The notes under the pieces were generated by a model. That model did no database searches and was not told the DNA's origin. It worked only from the letters and a program-made list of their open reading frames with translations. From IMG/VR virus record IMGVR_UViG_3300042868_009074, positions 124,001 to 188,000 of that record: a DNA stretch of 64,000 nucleotides; one strand, 5' to 3'. How positions within the stretch are numbered: position 1 is the first letter of the stretch; each line of letters starts with the position of its first letter. Position numbers and translations under genes: made by a program. This document shows positions 32,003 through 42,393 of the stretch, one piece after another.

Positions 32003-32764
32003 TTATTCTACAAAAAATAATTTCTCCTCATAGCCTGAAGGAGGGTCGTCTTTATGCCATACATTAATTCCAACTATAAATCTTTGACTATTTTCACCAC
32101 TTGGAGTAGTACCATGTAATATGCGTCCTGCGTCAAAATATACAACTCTATTAGGCCTATAGGTAATGATATCTCTTTTGCCAATTGGTTTATAGTATTT
32201 TTTTAAATGAGTCATTGTATATGGATCTTCTTCCGTAGTTAATAATACATATTCTTTTACTACATCTACGTCTACCCTGCCGGGGTGAATTTCCAAAACA
32301 CCAGGATATACATTCTCGTCCACCTCAAAATGCGCATAGTATACTGCTCCTATCATCGGGCATCTAAATTCACCATTTTTTTCGTAGACAAAGGTATCTT
32401 CGTCTAAATGAGTTGGAAGAAACTGGCCGGGATTATAAGTTCTTGTCCAATATTCAAAACCAACTATCTCATCCAAATCGCAAGGTAAGTTATCTTCCCA
32501 TATAGCTTTAACTAATCTTTTCTTTACAGTATCGCATGGGCTTCTCCACCAACCATCCCAAAACATCCAAGGAGAAAATACGGAAGCGTTATCATTATGA
32601 TAGATATTTCCAGTTTTTAATTGCCTTGGACTTTCACCCATAGACGCAGGAAAAAAAGTAGGATCGTTTTCTATGTCTTTGAGAAGCTCTTCATCTTTGA
32701 TGTAATCATCAATTATAACTATTGAATTTTGAGCTTTTTTAATTTTAGGATTTTGATATTCCAT
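32003..32764 (-). CDS. 2OG-Fe(II) oxygenase family protein
   Basis: FEYWTR...HLDED...LHGT...RF. Confidence 0.75.
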   Translation of the reverse strand: MEYQNPKIKKAQNSIVIIDDYIKDEELLKDIENDPTFFPASMGESPRQLKTGNIYHNDNASVFSPWMFWDGWWRSPCDTVKKRLVKAIWEDNLPCDLDEIVGFEYWTRTYNPGQFLPTHLDEDTFVYEKNGEFRCPMIGAVYYAHFEVDENVYPGVLEIHPGRVDVDVVKEYVLLTTEEDPYTMTHLKKYYKPIGKRDIITYRPNRVVYFDAGRILHGTTPSGENSQRFIVGINVWHKDDPPSGYEEKLFFVE

Positions 32765-32766
32765 AT

Positions 32767-33432
32767 TTACTCATAGTGGAATTCATTTAAAGAAAGAGCC
32801 AATGGTGGATTATCTTTATGCCAAACATTTATAATCATCACTTGTCTAATCCCAGAATTTGCTGGAGTGGTATTATGTATAACGTGACCAGCATCTAGTA
32901 TTATTAATCTATTTCCTTTGTAGGCTATTCTTTCTCTTTCTTCCACAGGAGATATCTTAATGTTTTCTTTTTCTAAAGCTTCATGCGATCGATCAATTAA
33001 GGTGTGTTTGTGAATTTCCAAAAATCCACCATCTGTGTTTTCGCATCCGTATAATATTGCGCCATTTATTGGGCCGGTAAACACTTTATCCCTAGCATAA
33101 AGGAAAGTGTCTTCATCCACGTGTGTCGTAAGAAATTGTCCAGCCCTGTATGTTCTTGTCCAATATTCAAAACCAAGTATATCGTCATGCTGGTATTCTA
33201 ATCGACTACCCCATATACTTTGTATTATTTGTTTCTTTAATGTATTAGCTGGACTGTTCCACCAACCGTCCCAGAACATATATGGTGCGTAGCAGCTTGC
33301 TTGCTCGTAGTGGTAGCTATTGAGCTCTGTAGCTATTTGGTCTCCACTACCCATTGATTCAGGATAAAAGTTAGGATCTTTTAGCATCTTTGAATAAAGA
33401 TCTTTGTTTAAAAAATTATCTAATACAATCAT
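32767..33432 (-). CDS. 2OG-Fe(II) oxygenase family protein (tandem paralogue of 32003-32764)
   Basis: FEYWTR...HVDED...IHNT...RQ; both carry MFWDGWW.SP. Confidence 0.75.
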   Translation of the reverse strand: MIVLDNFLNKDLYSKMLKDPNFYPESMGSGDQIATELNSYHYEQASCYAPYMFWDGWWNSPANTLKKQIIQSIWGSRLEYQHDDILGFEYWTRTYRAGQFLTTHVDEDTFLYARDKVFTGPINGAILYGCENTDGGFLEIHKHTLIDRSHEALEKENIKISPVEERERIAYKGNRLIILDAGHVIHNTTPANSGIRQVMIINVWHKDNPPLALSLNEFHYE

Positions 33433-33461
33433 TTTTTATTCCATCTATTGCGATTAAATCG

Positions 33462-34643
33462 CTAATTATTAATACTTGGAGAAACATAGACGTATAGATC
33501 CATTCTAAGTTCTGGATTTGTTACCATTGACTTTTTAAGTACGTCGGTAATACTATTGTTTGCTTCTACGTAAGATGGAACAAAGGCTTTAATAAACATT
33601 TCTTGAATATCTACAGTTTTTGGATCTAAACTATTTTCTATACAAAATTTATATATTATTGATTCAAATAATTCATTTTCTTTATCTAAGAATAATTGTG
33701 GGATTGATGGAGACAATGGATGAATAGAAGATAAAGATCCTAAAGTTCTATATCTTAAAGTTGAAATAAACCAATTTTTAAAATTAGGAGGAAGAATTTG
33801 ATCTTCTTCTATTTTTCTTCTTGGGTCAGGGTCATTGCTTAAGTATCGTTCTAGTACAGTAGGGAAACTAAACTCTTCCATCTCCGTAATAATTTCATCT
33901 GAAAAATCAAGGTCTACCATTGCTTGATTACATTTTACTGGAAGTGAGGTTGTATTATTCCATGGATCATTGGCGCATTTAGACCAATGATATGCTGTCT
34001 TTAAAGCTCCAAATAGAGTTCTGCATATTCCCCCACAACCTGGCCAATTTATATATGCAGAATCGGGAATGTTTTTAAATGTAACCTTAGCAATGTGTAT
34101 ATTACCAACTGAATTAATTAAAGAGACGTGAGATATTAAATTGTCGGCAGTAAAATATGATATATCCAAAAGGGGTCCTGGTACCCCATTGGTTATGGTC
34201 ATGTCGTGAAAACCTATAGCTCCATATTCCTCTAGGTCGCATCTTCCAGCTTGTATGTCAAGAAAAAAGTTTTTCCATTCTGGGTCATTCAGCAGCGTAT
34301 CATAGTTTTCTATCAGTTTTGCAGCGGAGTTAAAAATCATAAATAAACTTTTATCTTTTTCATAATAACCGTCTATTATATCTGTTAACCATTCATAATT
34401 TTGATGATTAATTTTTTCAGTTTTATTATCTGAAATAACATAATATGTAAAATTGTTTTTAAAAACACCCAAATGAAAAAATGCAATTAAGGTTTGATCA
34501 CCAATATCATATAAATCATATTCGGTATATTCCATAAACCCACTAGGGTAAAGGAGATTTATTGTGAAATCATCCTTAATACTGGTTATAGCATAGGCAG
34601 CATAGTTGCTTGGATCATATTCTTCGTGCGCCTTGATTTGCAT
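33462..34643 (-). CDS. Hypothetical protein
   Basis: 393-aa ORF; no recognised motif. Confidence 0.6.
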   Translation of the reverse strand: MQIKAHEEYDPSNYAAYAITSIKDDFTINLLYPSGFMEYTEYDLYDIGDQTLIAFFHLGVFKNNFTYYVISDNKTEKINHQNYEWLTDIIDGYYEKDKSLFMIFNSAAKLIENYDTLLNDPEWKNFFLDIQAGRCDLEEYGAIGFHDMTITNGVPGPLLDISYFTADNLISHVSLINSVGNIHIAKVTFKNIPDSAYINWPGCGGICRTLFGALKTAYHWSKCANDPWNNTTSLPVKCNQAMVDLDFSDEIITEMEEFSFPTVLERYLSNDPDPRRKIEEDQILPPNFKNWFISTLRYRTLGSLSSIHPLSPSIPQLFLDKENELFESIIYKFCIENSLDPKTVDIQEMFIKAFVPSYVEANNSITDVLKKSMVTNPELRMDLYVYVSPSINN

Positions 34644-34655
34644 TTTAACTCCTAG

Positions 34656-34877
34656 TTACAGTAAAGATATCTTATTGTCTATCTCTTTTATCTTATAGAT
34701 TATATCATAGATGTCTTTTTCAGCTGTGCTATTTTCAGCGGGGATGAAGCTGTCTTCATCAAACTCTTCTAGATCTATGTTTAGTATTGACAGTCTTAAA
34801 ATTAAAGCTTTTTCAAGTTCTGTTTTCACTAATTGATATGCTTCTTTTTTTTGTTCAGAAGATAGGCTAAATCGCAT
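34656..34877 (-). CDS. Small acidic hypothetical protein
   Basis: 73 aa; shares L.ID...FDE.SF with the adjacent ORF. Confidence 0.6.
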   Translation of the reverse strand: MRFSLSSEQKKEAYQLVKTELEKALILRLSILNIDLEEFDEDSFIPAENSTAEKDIYDIIYKIKEIDNKISLL

Positions 34878-34879
34878 GC

Positions 34880-35143
34880 TTATACTTCTAGACTTGCAAT
34901 TTCCTGTTTAATAATATTTAGAGCATCTAAACCCTTTTTTAATCGCCCACGTGCACCTACTACTCTTAGGTCACTTAAATCAATAGATGGATCTTCTTCT
35001 TCAAAACTGTTCTCATCAAATGTTACTGGGTCAATTTCCAGCACTATAAGAGCTTCATAGATATCCTTTTCATGTTTTGGGATATTTTCTTGCAATATTT
35101 CTAATTTAGTGCTTTTGTCTACATTGTTAAAGAGCATAACCAT
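34880..35143 (-). CDS. Small acidic hypothetical protein
   Basis: 87 aa; LEIDPVTFDENSF. Confidence 0.6.
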   Translation of the reverse strand: MVMLFNNVDKSTKLEILQENIPKHEKDIYEALIVLEIDPVTFDENSFEEEDPSIDLSDLRVVGARGRLKKGLDALNIIKQEIASLEV

Positions 35144-35182
35144 TCCTTTGGATTCTGGACATATATCACATATAGTACCAAA

Positions 35183-35917
35183 TTATTTTGTAAATTTACC
35201 ATTTTTTGTATCATCTGAAAATGGCTCAGCAAGTTTGATCAGCCCATCATGCTTTGGCCCAATTTGGTTACCGTTTTCATCTAGCCCACTTCTAATGCCG
35301 TTCATCCAAGTCCAAGGTTGTTCGTGAAGCTTTTTCATTTTTGCGTCGCCGTATGATTGACGTTTGGCCATTAGTTCTGGCTTATCCCAAAGATTCTCAA
35401 CTACTACTTCTGTATTCTCTAGAAGATCATTGTTGTATATATTAAAGAACATAAATGGCATTCCTGCTTCAAATCTAACTGGTTCTCCAATTTTAGTAAT
35501 TTTCCAATTCATATTAAATTCATCTGGCCACCAGGAGCTTGGTATGGTTGCTGATAGTGGAGCTGCGCCATCTACAAAATAATTTGGAGATCCTGATATC
35601 CAGGTGTCGTAACCTTCTTCGGTGTTGATGGCCCATCCTGTTGCAAAAGAAATAATCCCAATTATAGATGGAATTACCACTGGTCTTCCATCTAAGAATT
35701 CTCCCTCTAAAACTCTAGGAGTTGTATTTCCGCCATCCCATTGAACTACTACATCCTGTTGCAATATCAGTTCCCAACCATTTACATTAGCTGCAGACAT
35801 GGGCAAACACTTATAAGCGTGCTTGTTGTAGGTTTCGTCCATCCAATCTCTCTTGAGTCTAGATTGTTGTATCTTTGGTGGATTTTGATGAGTTTTAGTT
35901 AATGTTATTTTCGTCAT
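35183..35917 (-). CDS. DUF6065-like protein
   Basis: RDWMD...HAYKCLPM..AN..GW and F.MNWKIT..G..V.FE.G.PF pattern. Confidence 0.6.
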   Translation of the reverse strand: MTKITLTKTHQNPPKIQQSRLKRDWMDETYNKHAYKCLPMSAANVNGWELILQQDVVVQWDGGNTTPRVLEGEFLDGRPVVIPSIIGIISFATGWAINTEEGYDTWISGSPNYFVDGAAPLSATIPSSWWPDEFNMNWKITKIGEPVRFEAGMPFMFFNIYNNDLLENTEVVVENLWDKPELMAKRQSYGDAKMKKLHEQPWTWMNGIRSGLDENGNQIGPKHDGLIKLAEPFSDDTKNGKFTK

Positions 35918-37322
35918 ACTCTTCTTCTAGAAATTGTTCTATAACTTTTTTAATGTTTGCCAATGCGTCCTCAGGGGATGTACTTCTATTTCCACTGCTG
36001 TATGCTAAGTCTAATAAATCTGAATTACAAAATCTAACATACTTACTTCCATCTTTGGATACGATAAATTTCTCAAAATTTCCATTAATTACATTACTAT
36101 TTTTTTGTAATTCTTTAAAAAGCGGATGCATATCTCCCTTTGGCTGACGAAAATCTATGTCAGTTTTATCGTGCTCTTCTCTTACTCTTTTATAGGCTTC
36201 TTTATCTTGGTTTGGATCTAAAATATTAACCATCTCAGAAAATGGAAAATCTGTATTATAAAGTTTTACCATATGATCTTTCATATTCTCGGCACTAGTG
36301 TTAGAGTCAGCAAACTCTCCATAGGCATCTTGGCAAAAATCTGTACTAGGGAGAGCTAAAGCTTCAAATCCCAAATCTTTATATTGATTGTAGATATCTT
36401 GAATAATTGTATACTGAGGAGAGTTTGCGCATTCTCCGGTTACGTTGAATAGTATAGAAACTTTTCCTTTAAGATTTGCTAAGATCCCATCTTCTCCATC
36501 TATGGATTTAAGTGGAAAATCATATATGTTATTATCTACATGTTCTACAAATGATTCTTCTGAATTTTGATTCATTTTTTCTCCTTTTATTATATTATTT
36601 TGTATAAATAAGTCAAGATCATCAGGCGTACCCATACCATGCATAGCATTTACTTTATGCGAAATGATTAATTTTTGATCTCCTATAGCCTCATTGTATA
36701 CCGGGCATATGTAAAATTCGTCATTTGTTCTAATATTTTTTTGTATCATTTTATTAGCGTATTTAACATAATCTGAACCTTTTTTCCAGAAGTATATACC
36801 ACAAGTAGCTTCATTGCTAATTACATCTTTTTCTGCAACTGCGTCAATAGTTCCAAAATCATTATTTTTAACGTAAGACCATTTGGGATCGGAATTTTCA
36901 AATGTTAATATTCCTCCATCTATGCCTTTTAGTATAAAATTGTTGATTATGAGATTAATATCATCGTCTATGTATTGATCAATATTTGCTATAACTAGAT
37001 GATCATTATTATCTATTAAGTCTTTTGCTAGCAAGCTAGATGATACTGCGCCGGGTAGCTTGCCATTTTGTATAATAATTTTACCTTGATTTACATGCTT
37101 ATGAATCAATTCTGCAATGTTATATAAATCTTGGTCTTCTTTTCTAACTATGAATATATATTCTGCTTCAATGCCAATATTTTCTATAACTATTTCTATC
37201 ATCGTTTTATTATTTATTTTAATCATTGGCTTGATATCTTTATAGCCAGCATCTTTAAATCTAGAACCTTCTCCAGCCATTGGTATCAAGACTTTAATTT
37301 TTTGCTTTTGTTCATTATTCAT
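35895..37322 (-). CDS. Sugar-phosphate nucleotidyltransferase-like domain in frame with a glutathione-peroxidase-like domain (internal start at 36575)
   Basis: N-terminal LIPMAGEGSRFK...KPMI and GMGTPDDL. C-terminal FNVTGECAN, ALPSTDFC and NGNFEKFIV. AAAGGAG sits 6 nt before the in-frame ATG at 36575. Confidence 0.75.
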   Translation of the reverse strand: MNNEQKQKIKVLIPMAGEGSRFKDAGYKDIKPMIKINNKTMIEIVIENIGIEAEYIFIVRKEDQDLYNIAELIHKHVNQGKIIIQNGKLPGAVSSSLLAKDLIDNNDHLVIANIDQYIDDDINLIINNFILKGIDGGILTFENSDPKWSYVKNNDFGTIDAVAEKDVISNEATCGIYFWKKGSDYVKYANKMIQKNIRTNDEFYICPVYNEAIGDQKLIISHKVNAMHGMGTPDDLDLFIQNNIIKGEKMNQNSEESFVEHVDNNIYDFPLKSIDGEDGILANLKGKVSILFNVTGECANSPQYTIIQDIYNQYKDLGFEALALPSTDFCQDAYGEFADSNTSAENMKDHMVKLYNTDFPFSEMVNILDPNQDKEAYKRVREEHDKTDIDFRQPKGDMHPLFKELQKNSNVINGNFEKFIVSKDGSKYVRFCNSDLLDLAYSSGNRSTSPEDALANIKKVIEQFLEEEYDENNIN

Positions 37323-37330
37323 AATAGTAT

Positions 37331-38623
37331 TTAAATAATTTCTTGATTGTTTAATATTTCAACTGATAAATCTTTCCAGTCAGCTTGAATGATAGTATAC
37401 CAATTTCCAGTTTTAATGTAATTTAAATATTTGTCTAGTGTATTAACACGAGTTGGATTAAAGAAAATTCTAAACTTTTGATCATCAAAAGGATGAGCAA
37501 TTTCTATTATTTTTGTTTTTTTATCAGCAAAAATAGCGTTACATAATCCACTTCCTTGAAGACTAATTATTGTATTAGAATTTTGAATTAAGCTTATTTG
37601 TTCAATATAACTTAATTCTTCAAAGAAAACTTTTTTAATTTGTTTTTCTTTTTTATTAAAAATAGTTTTTAACAAATCTATAAACTTATTTTCGTCTAAT
37701 ATTGTTCTATCAAGATATGTTTTACACGTATTAAGAAAATCTTTTGGGTTAATTGTTTCTTGTTCTAACATTTTTTTAAAATCTTCATTAAACTTATTTG
37801 AATAATTTTCTCTAGAAATATACAATACATCAATTTTTTGATCAAATTTATTAATGTATTTTTTATGCCTATTTACCATAAGGGATAAACCAAATAGGCA
37901 AGTTTCGTAGCCTGGGAATGTAAATGGAAATTCTATATCAGCATCTACATAATCTTGGACTAAAGATCTTGAAGCCCTGTAGTACCTTGTCATTTCTGAC
38001 ATATTTGACATTTTATCTCCAGAAACTAATTTTACAAGATTAAATTTTTTATCTATTTCATCAGATATTAAAGCATTATCGTCATGTATGATGTACACTT
38101 CTTCTATAAGTACATTTTCTTCACCATTAGAAAAAATGTCTTCATTATTTAAATTAAATTCCTTTTTATATATATCAAATATGCCTTTATGGTAAGCATG
38201 GTCGTGATGGTCAAATATAAAAAATGGTTTTATTTCACTATCAAAATCATTAAGTGTTTCAAATTGACTATAGAATTCAGTAAATCCATGGAATATAGGA
38301 GTAAAAGCTAAGACTACAAATCTTTTACCACTAACTACTCTTGTTGGATAATCATTTTCTTCTACGCAATTTTGATTTCTGTTTTCTCCTTCTTTAAATG
38401 ATTTTATTAATAAATTTTTTAATTTTAATATTTGAAATTTATTTTTTGATTCATATTTTTGATCTTCATCTAAAGTAATTGTAATTTCATGGTCAATAAA
38501 TTCAACATTTTCACAGTCAACTGCAATTTGAGCAGTTGTGTATTGAATGTTTCTAGTAAATTTGCTAGGAATTTTTTCAATTTTATTTGTATCAAATATA
38601 TAAAAATAAAAATCATTTTCCAA
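37331..38623 (-). CDS. GT61 (DUF563-like) glycosyltransferase
   Basis: LYISRE...R.I...FEELSYIEQISLIQNSNTIISLQGSGLCNAIF....IIEI C-terminal signature. Confidence 0.7.
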   Translation of the reverse strand: MENDFYFYIFDTNKIEKIPSKFTRNIQYTTAQIAVDCENVEFIDHEITITLDEDQKYESKNKFQILKLKNLLIKSFKEGENRNQNCVEENDYPTRVVSGKRFVVLAFTPIFHGFTEFYSQFETLNDFDSEIKPFFIFDHHDHAYHKGIFDIYKKEFNLNNEDIFSNGEENVLIEEVYIIHDDNALISDEIDKKFNLVKLVSGDKMSNMSEMTRYYRASRSLVQDYVDADIEFPFTFPGYETCLFGLSLMVNRHKKYINKFDQKIDVLYISRENYSNKFNEDFKKMLEQETINPKDFLNTCKTYLDRTILDENKFIDLLKTIFNKKEKQIKKVFFEELSYIEQISLIQNSNTIISLQGSGLCNAIFADKKTKIIEIAHPFDDQKFRIFFNPTRVNTLDKYLNYIKTGNWYTIIQADWKDLSVEILNNQEII

Positions 38624-38624
38624 T

Positions 38625-39311
38625 TTAATCAGCCTTTAATAGAGTTGGCAGTGGTGCCGTTTCAATTCCAGAAGAAGGTGTTTTTGATTGGCCAATTTCA
38701 TTATAGTTATACATTGTAACTGCACTATATTTAGTGCCTTTAGTTACTTCCATTGATCCATGTGCATAGATATAGGTTGAAGGAAAGAATATGACATCTC
38801 CCTTTTGAGCTTTAAATTTAAGGTTTAGATAAGGGAACCAAAGCTCTCCTCCTTCATAGTCATCATTGAAGAATCCGACTGAAGAAAGTGTGCAAAAGTA
38901 TGAAAAACCTGAATCTGTATGGACTTGGAAGTGCTGACCTTCTCCGTACTTTATGAAGTTAATTGCTTCCATAAACTCCATCTTAAAATTATATCTTCTT
39001 TCATAATCCGCTAAGCAAGTCTCTAAGATAGAGTTATAGTCATCATAAACATTCTTAATCTCAGATAGTTCTTCTGGAAGATGGTCCCAGTGCTTTGGTC
39101 CTATTTTTAAATCATAGCAATCTCTATACTCTGGCATTTTTTCGTTATATCCAACCATAGCTTCATTCCATTTAAAATAATCATGGTCACTATCAACAAG
39201 AGTGTCTTCTAGTCTTTTAGGAATGTTAACGCCGTCTGGTACTGCGTTTCTGTAGAGTATTACTCCTAATTTTGGGTCTTCTATATTAAAAATTTCCAAT
39301 TCAATCTCCAA
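38625..39311 (-). CDS. 2OG-Fe(II) oxygenase (prolyl-4-hydroxylase-like)
   Basis: HTD...FFNDDYEGGELWF...AHGS...KY. Confidence 0.85.
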   Translation of the reverse strand: MEIELEIFNIEDPKLGVILYRNAVPDGVNIPKRLEDTLVDSDHDYFKWNEAMVGYNEKMPEYRDCYDLKIGPKHWDHLPEELSEIKNVYDDYNSILETCLADYERRYNFKMEFMEAINFIKYGEGQHFQVHTDSGFSYFCTLSSVGFFNDDYEGGELWFPYLNLKFKAQKGDVIFFPSTYIYAHGSMEVTKGTKYSAVTMYNYNEIGQSKTPSSGIETAPLPTLLKAD

Positions 39312-39338
39312 TTTATTACTAGCTTGCTAGTTCTGTCA

Positions 39339-39347
39339 TGATATACT
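39339..39347 (+). promoter_or_regulatory. Extended -10-like element TGATATACT in the divergent intergenic region
   Basis: Upstream of the plus-strand oxygenase at 39400; the same 9-mer occurs at 53658-53666 on the minus strand. Confidence 0.45.
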
Positions 39348-39399
39348 TTACCATAGCGTTTATTGAATAGTCAAATTTTGAAAATATGAGAGGCAAAAT

Positions 39400-40020
39400 A
39401 TGGAACAGTCACTCGTTCAACCAGGCCATTTTGGTAATTCTGTTAACAATATAAAAGTAATTGATAATTTTATAGAGCTAGATGATCTTAAGATTGTACA
39501 AAAATTTTTGCCCACCATCAACGAATGGATGGATGCCGGAGAGAATCAATATGCAGATGATGGAACTTGTATCTATGATGCCTCTTACTGGGCAAATAGG
39601 CAATGTAGTTGGGATATTCTTCAGAGAATTAATATTCAAGTTTATAATATAATTGATAAATACATTGAAAAAATGAAACAATTTTTAGAACAATCTTTTA
39701 ATGTCGGTCTATCTACTAGGCCTCCAGTGATAATTAAATGGCGTCCTGGCATGGAACAAAGACCACATGCAGATAAGCAAACTAATGACGGTAAACCAAA
39801 TCCTTTTCCAACTTATGATATAAATTCATTGTTTTATTATAATGATAATTTTCAAGGTGGAGAATTATACTATCCCGACCATGATTTAACTGTAGTTCCA
39901 AAACCTGGCTTAGCTGTTGCTCATCCTGGAGATATCAATTATCTACACGGAGTCAAGCAAGTTGTCTCTGGAGAAAGATATACTACTCCATCTTTTTATA
40001 CCATTACTGAGTTAAAGTAA
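39400..40020 (+). CDS. 2OG-Fe(II) oxygenase (prolyl-4-hydroxylase-like)
   Basis: HAD...YYNDNFQGGELYY...LHGV...RY. Confidence 0.85.
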   Translation: MEQSLVQPGHFGNSVNNIKVIDNFIELDDLKIVQKFLPTINEWMDAGENQYADDGTCIYDASYWANRQCSWDILQRINIQVYNIIDKYIEKMKQFLEQSFNVGLSTRPPVIIKWRPGMEQRPHADKQTNDGKPNPFPTYDINSLFYYNDNFQGGELYYPDHDLTVVPKPGLAVAHPGDINYLHGVKQVVSGERYTTPSFYTITELK

Positions 40021-40026
40021 AAAAGA

Positions 40027-42381
40027 CTAAGCTTGCAAGTCGCCCAAGGCTACCCAAGTATCAGTAGCTCTCTTGATTAACGTGACAGAAGACCATTGAG
40101 CTCTTAAGTTAGCTCGGTTTGCTGTGCCTTGCGGTGTAGCATTTAACGTTACGCCTGCAGTTACTACAATGCTTGTAGCTCCTGCTCCTGTTTGAAGAAC
40201 TGTAATTTGACTTCCAATTGGAAAGGCTACTGATGCATTTGTTGGGATTGTTACTGTATTAGCTGAAGCAACACTCATTTCAATCATGTCATCTTTGTCA
40301 TTTAACACTAATGTGTAACTAGCAGTTTGTGCATTTGTTATAACATTAGAAGAAGCAAAGTCTAATGATATTGTTCCATTACCAACTTGTAATTTTTTAT
40401 TAGTAGTATCCCAAGAAAGTCTTGCATCTGTAGTAGATGAACTAGTGGAAAGGGTTAGAGTTGGACTATTCGTTACTGGACTTGTAAAAGTTTTGTTTGT
40501 AAATGTTTCGGTTCCTGCAAGGGTTGCTAATGTGCCAGTAGTTGGAAGAGTTACCGATGTTGTACCAGTTGCAGTCAATGTAGTTGCAAATGCACCTGAA
40601 GTGGTAAAGTTTCCACCAAAAGTAAGAGTCTTACTTGCATTAACTATAAGGTTCCCAGTTATAGTTGTTGTTGATCCACTATTACCAATATTTATTGCAG
40701 TAGCATAAGCATTACCTACGCCTACTGATCCGACTGATGTACTTCCATAACCACCATCAATTGATACACTTCCACCATTGTTAGTTGCTCCGCCAGAAGC
40801 ACTCCCTCCATACAGAGCTGCTGGACCACCAGATACTACCCCTGTTCCTACGGCGTCGGCTCCTGCTACACTGACATATGGAGCTGACTGATTTCCTGAT
40901 CCATTTAAGTTATTAGGTTTAATCATCAGAGTTCCATAAACTGCACCACTTGTTGTTATTTGTGAGCCACCGCTTTGTCTGCCAACTACGGTTAAGATAT
41001 TATTTATTGTTGTTGCTCCGGTTGCAGCACCAATGTTGAGTGCCGTTGCTGCACCTGCAAAGTTTATAGTTGTTTGACCAACATTCAGCAAGGTAAAGGT
41101 AGAACTTAGGCTATTTAACGAGGTTTCAATAGTTGGACTTGTTAAAGTTTTATTAGTAAAAGTTTCAGTTCCTGCGAGTGTTGCTAATGTACCGGTCTCT
41201 GGCAGTGTTATGCTAGTGTTGTCTGTAGTTGCAAGTGTGGTTGAATAAGCGCCGTCTTCTGTAGTAATTGTAAAGTTTCCGCCAAGAGTAATAGTTTTAT
41301 CATAATTGACCCAATTGGTTCCATTGTATCTTAGCATTTGCCCAATTGATGATGATGTTATTACGGTGTCGGAAAGATCATTTAATACTGCTGAACCAAG
41401 ACTTCCAGTCGGACCAGTCGGACCAGTCGGACCAGTCGGACCAGTAATGCCAACCTCGCCCTGTAAACCAGCAAGGGACACAGCCGCAGAGCTAAAAGAA
41501 CCTTCACCTGCTTCATAGTCAGAATAAACACTGAAACTAGTGTCTTGAACAAGGGCTGTAATTTCACCGGTAATATATCCTGATGCTGCATTGACTTTTA
41601 CGTGATTACCTAAAGCAAAAGCTCCAGTGTTAGCGGAAGTGAATACATAGGTAGTGCCAATAGTTCCATCAATGGAAGTTGCACATGATGCAGTAACTCC
41701 AGCATAAGCGCGTCCTGTAGAACCCGTAGGCCCTGTAGGCCCTGTAGGCCCTGTTGGACCAGTCAACCCAGTATCCCCAGTTGGGCCAGTTGGACCGGTG
41801 TCTCCAGTAGGGCCAGTTGGGCCTGGAGCACCTTCTGCTCCATTTATCCCATTTAATCCATTTATTCCAGGTTCTCCTTGTGGTCCGGTAGGGCCTGGAG
41901 CACCTTCTGCACCAGGCATACCTGGAGCACCTTCTGCTCCTGTAGGACCAGTATCCCCCATGGGTCCGGTAGGGCCGGTAGGACCGACCTCAAGGCCTGC
42001 TACGGCTATATAAACCGATATCCTGACTGAGTTAGAAGCTGGGGCAGAATCAAAATAAACTGTGATAGTGTTACTAGATGTAGCTTCCCAAGAAGTTAAT
42101 ATTAAACCATATGGAGAAGCTGCTTCTCTAACGGTTACACTTACATCTCTGCTTCCAAAATTATGGGTAAGAACAAATGAAGTACTGGTTCCATCTCCTA
42201 CAGTTGCATTATAAACTGTGCCAGCTAAGCTAACTGCACTAGTGAATTCTACAATAGCATTAGAGCTATTCTTGTAAAATATTTTTCCATCAGCGTAGTT
42301 TAACGCCAATTCACCATGATCCAGCGTTGTAGGAGCCTGAGTTGGAGTTGCTGATCTTTTTATTTTAATAGTGTTAGCCAT
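40027..42381 (-). CDS. Collagen-repeat tail fibre/virion fibre protein
   Basis: [10 protein letters not shown]...GELALN fibre-type N-terminus; Gly-X-Y (GPT, GAP) tracts; duplicated [20 protein letters not shown] segment. Confidence 0.75.
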   Translation of the reverse strand: MANTIKIKRSATPTQAPTTLDHGELALNYADGKIFYKNSSNAIVEFTSAVSLAGTVYNATVGDGTSTSFVLTHNFGSRDVSVTVREAASPYGLILTSWEATSSNTITVYFDSAPASNSVRISVYIAVAGLEVGPTGPTGPMGDTGPTGAEGAPGMPGAEGAPGPTGPQGEPGINGLNGINGAEGAPGPTGPTGDTGPTGPTGDTGLTGPTGPTGPTGPTGSTGRAYAGVTASCATSIDGTIGTTYVFTSANTGAFALGNHVKVNAASGYITGEITALVQDTSFSVYSDYEAGEGSFSSAAVSLAGLQGEVGITGPTGPTGPTGPTGSLGSAVLNDLSDTVITSSSIGQMLRYNGTNWVNYDKTITLGGNFTITTEDGAYSTTLATTDNTSITLPETGTLATLAGTETFTNKTLTSPTIETSLNSLSSTFTLLNVGQTTINFAGAATALNIGAATGATTINNILTVVGRQSGGSQITTSGAVYGTLMIKPNNLNGSGNQSAPYVSVAGADAVGTGVVSGGPAALYGGSASGGATNNGGSVSIDGGYGSTSVGSVGVGNAYATAINIGNSGSTTTITGNLIVNASKTLTFGGNFTTSGAFATTLTATGTTSVTLPTTGTLATLAGTETFTNKTFTSPVTNSPTLTLSTSSSTTDARLSWDTTNKKLQVGNGTISLDFASSNVITNAQTASYTLVLNDKDDMIEMSVASANTVTIPTNASVAFPIGSQITVLQTGAGATSIVVTAGVTLNATPQGTANRANLRAQWSSVTLIKRATDTWVALGDLQA
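41401..41990 (-). repeat. Collagen-like Gly-Pro-Thr / Gly-X-Y coding repeats (two tracts)
   Basis: 9-nt tandem units (gtcggacca, gtaggccct) encoding (GPT)n at ~41401-41445 and ~41713-41990. Confidence 0.85.
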
Positions 42382-42393
42382 AGTAGATCTCTT

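Noticed and set aside
31042-36575. Selenocysteine in the GPx-like proteins
   Set aside because: Neither has an in-frame TGA at the active-site position (GCA in one, TGC in the other).
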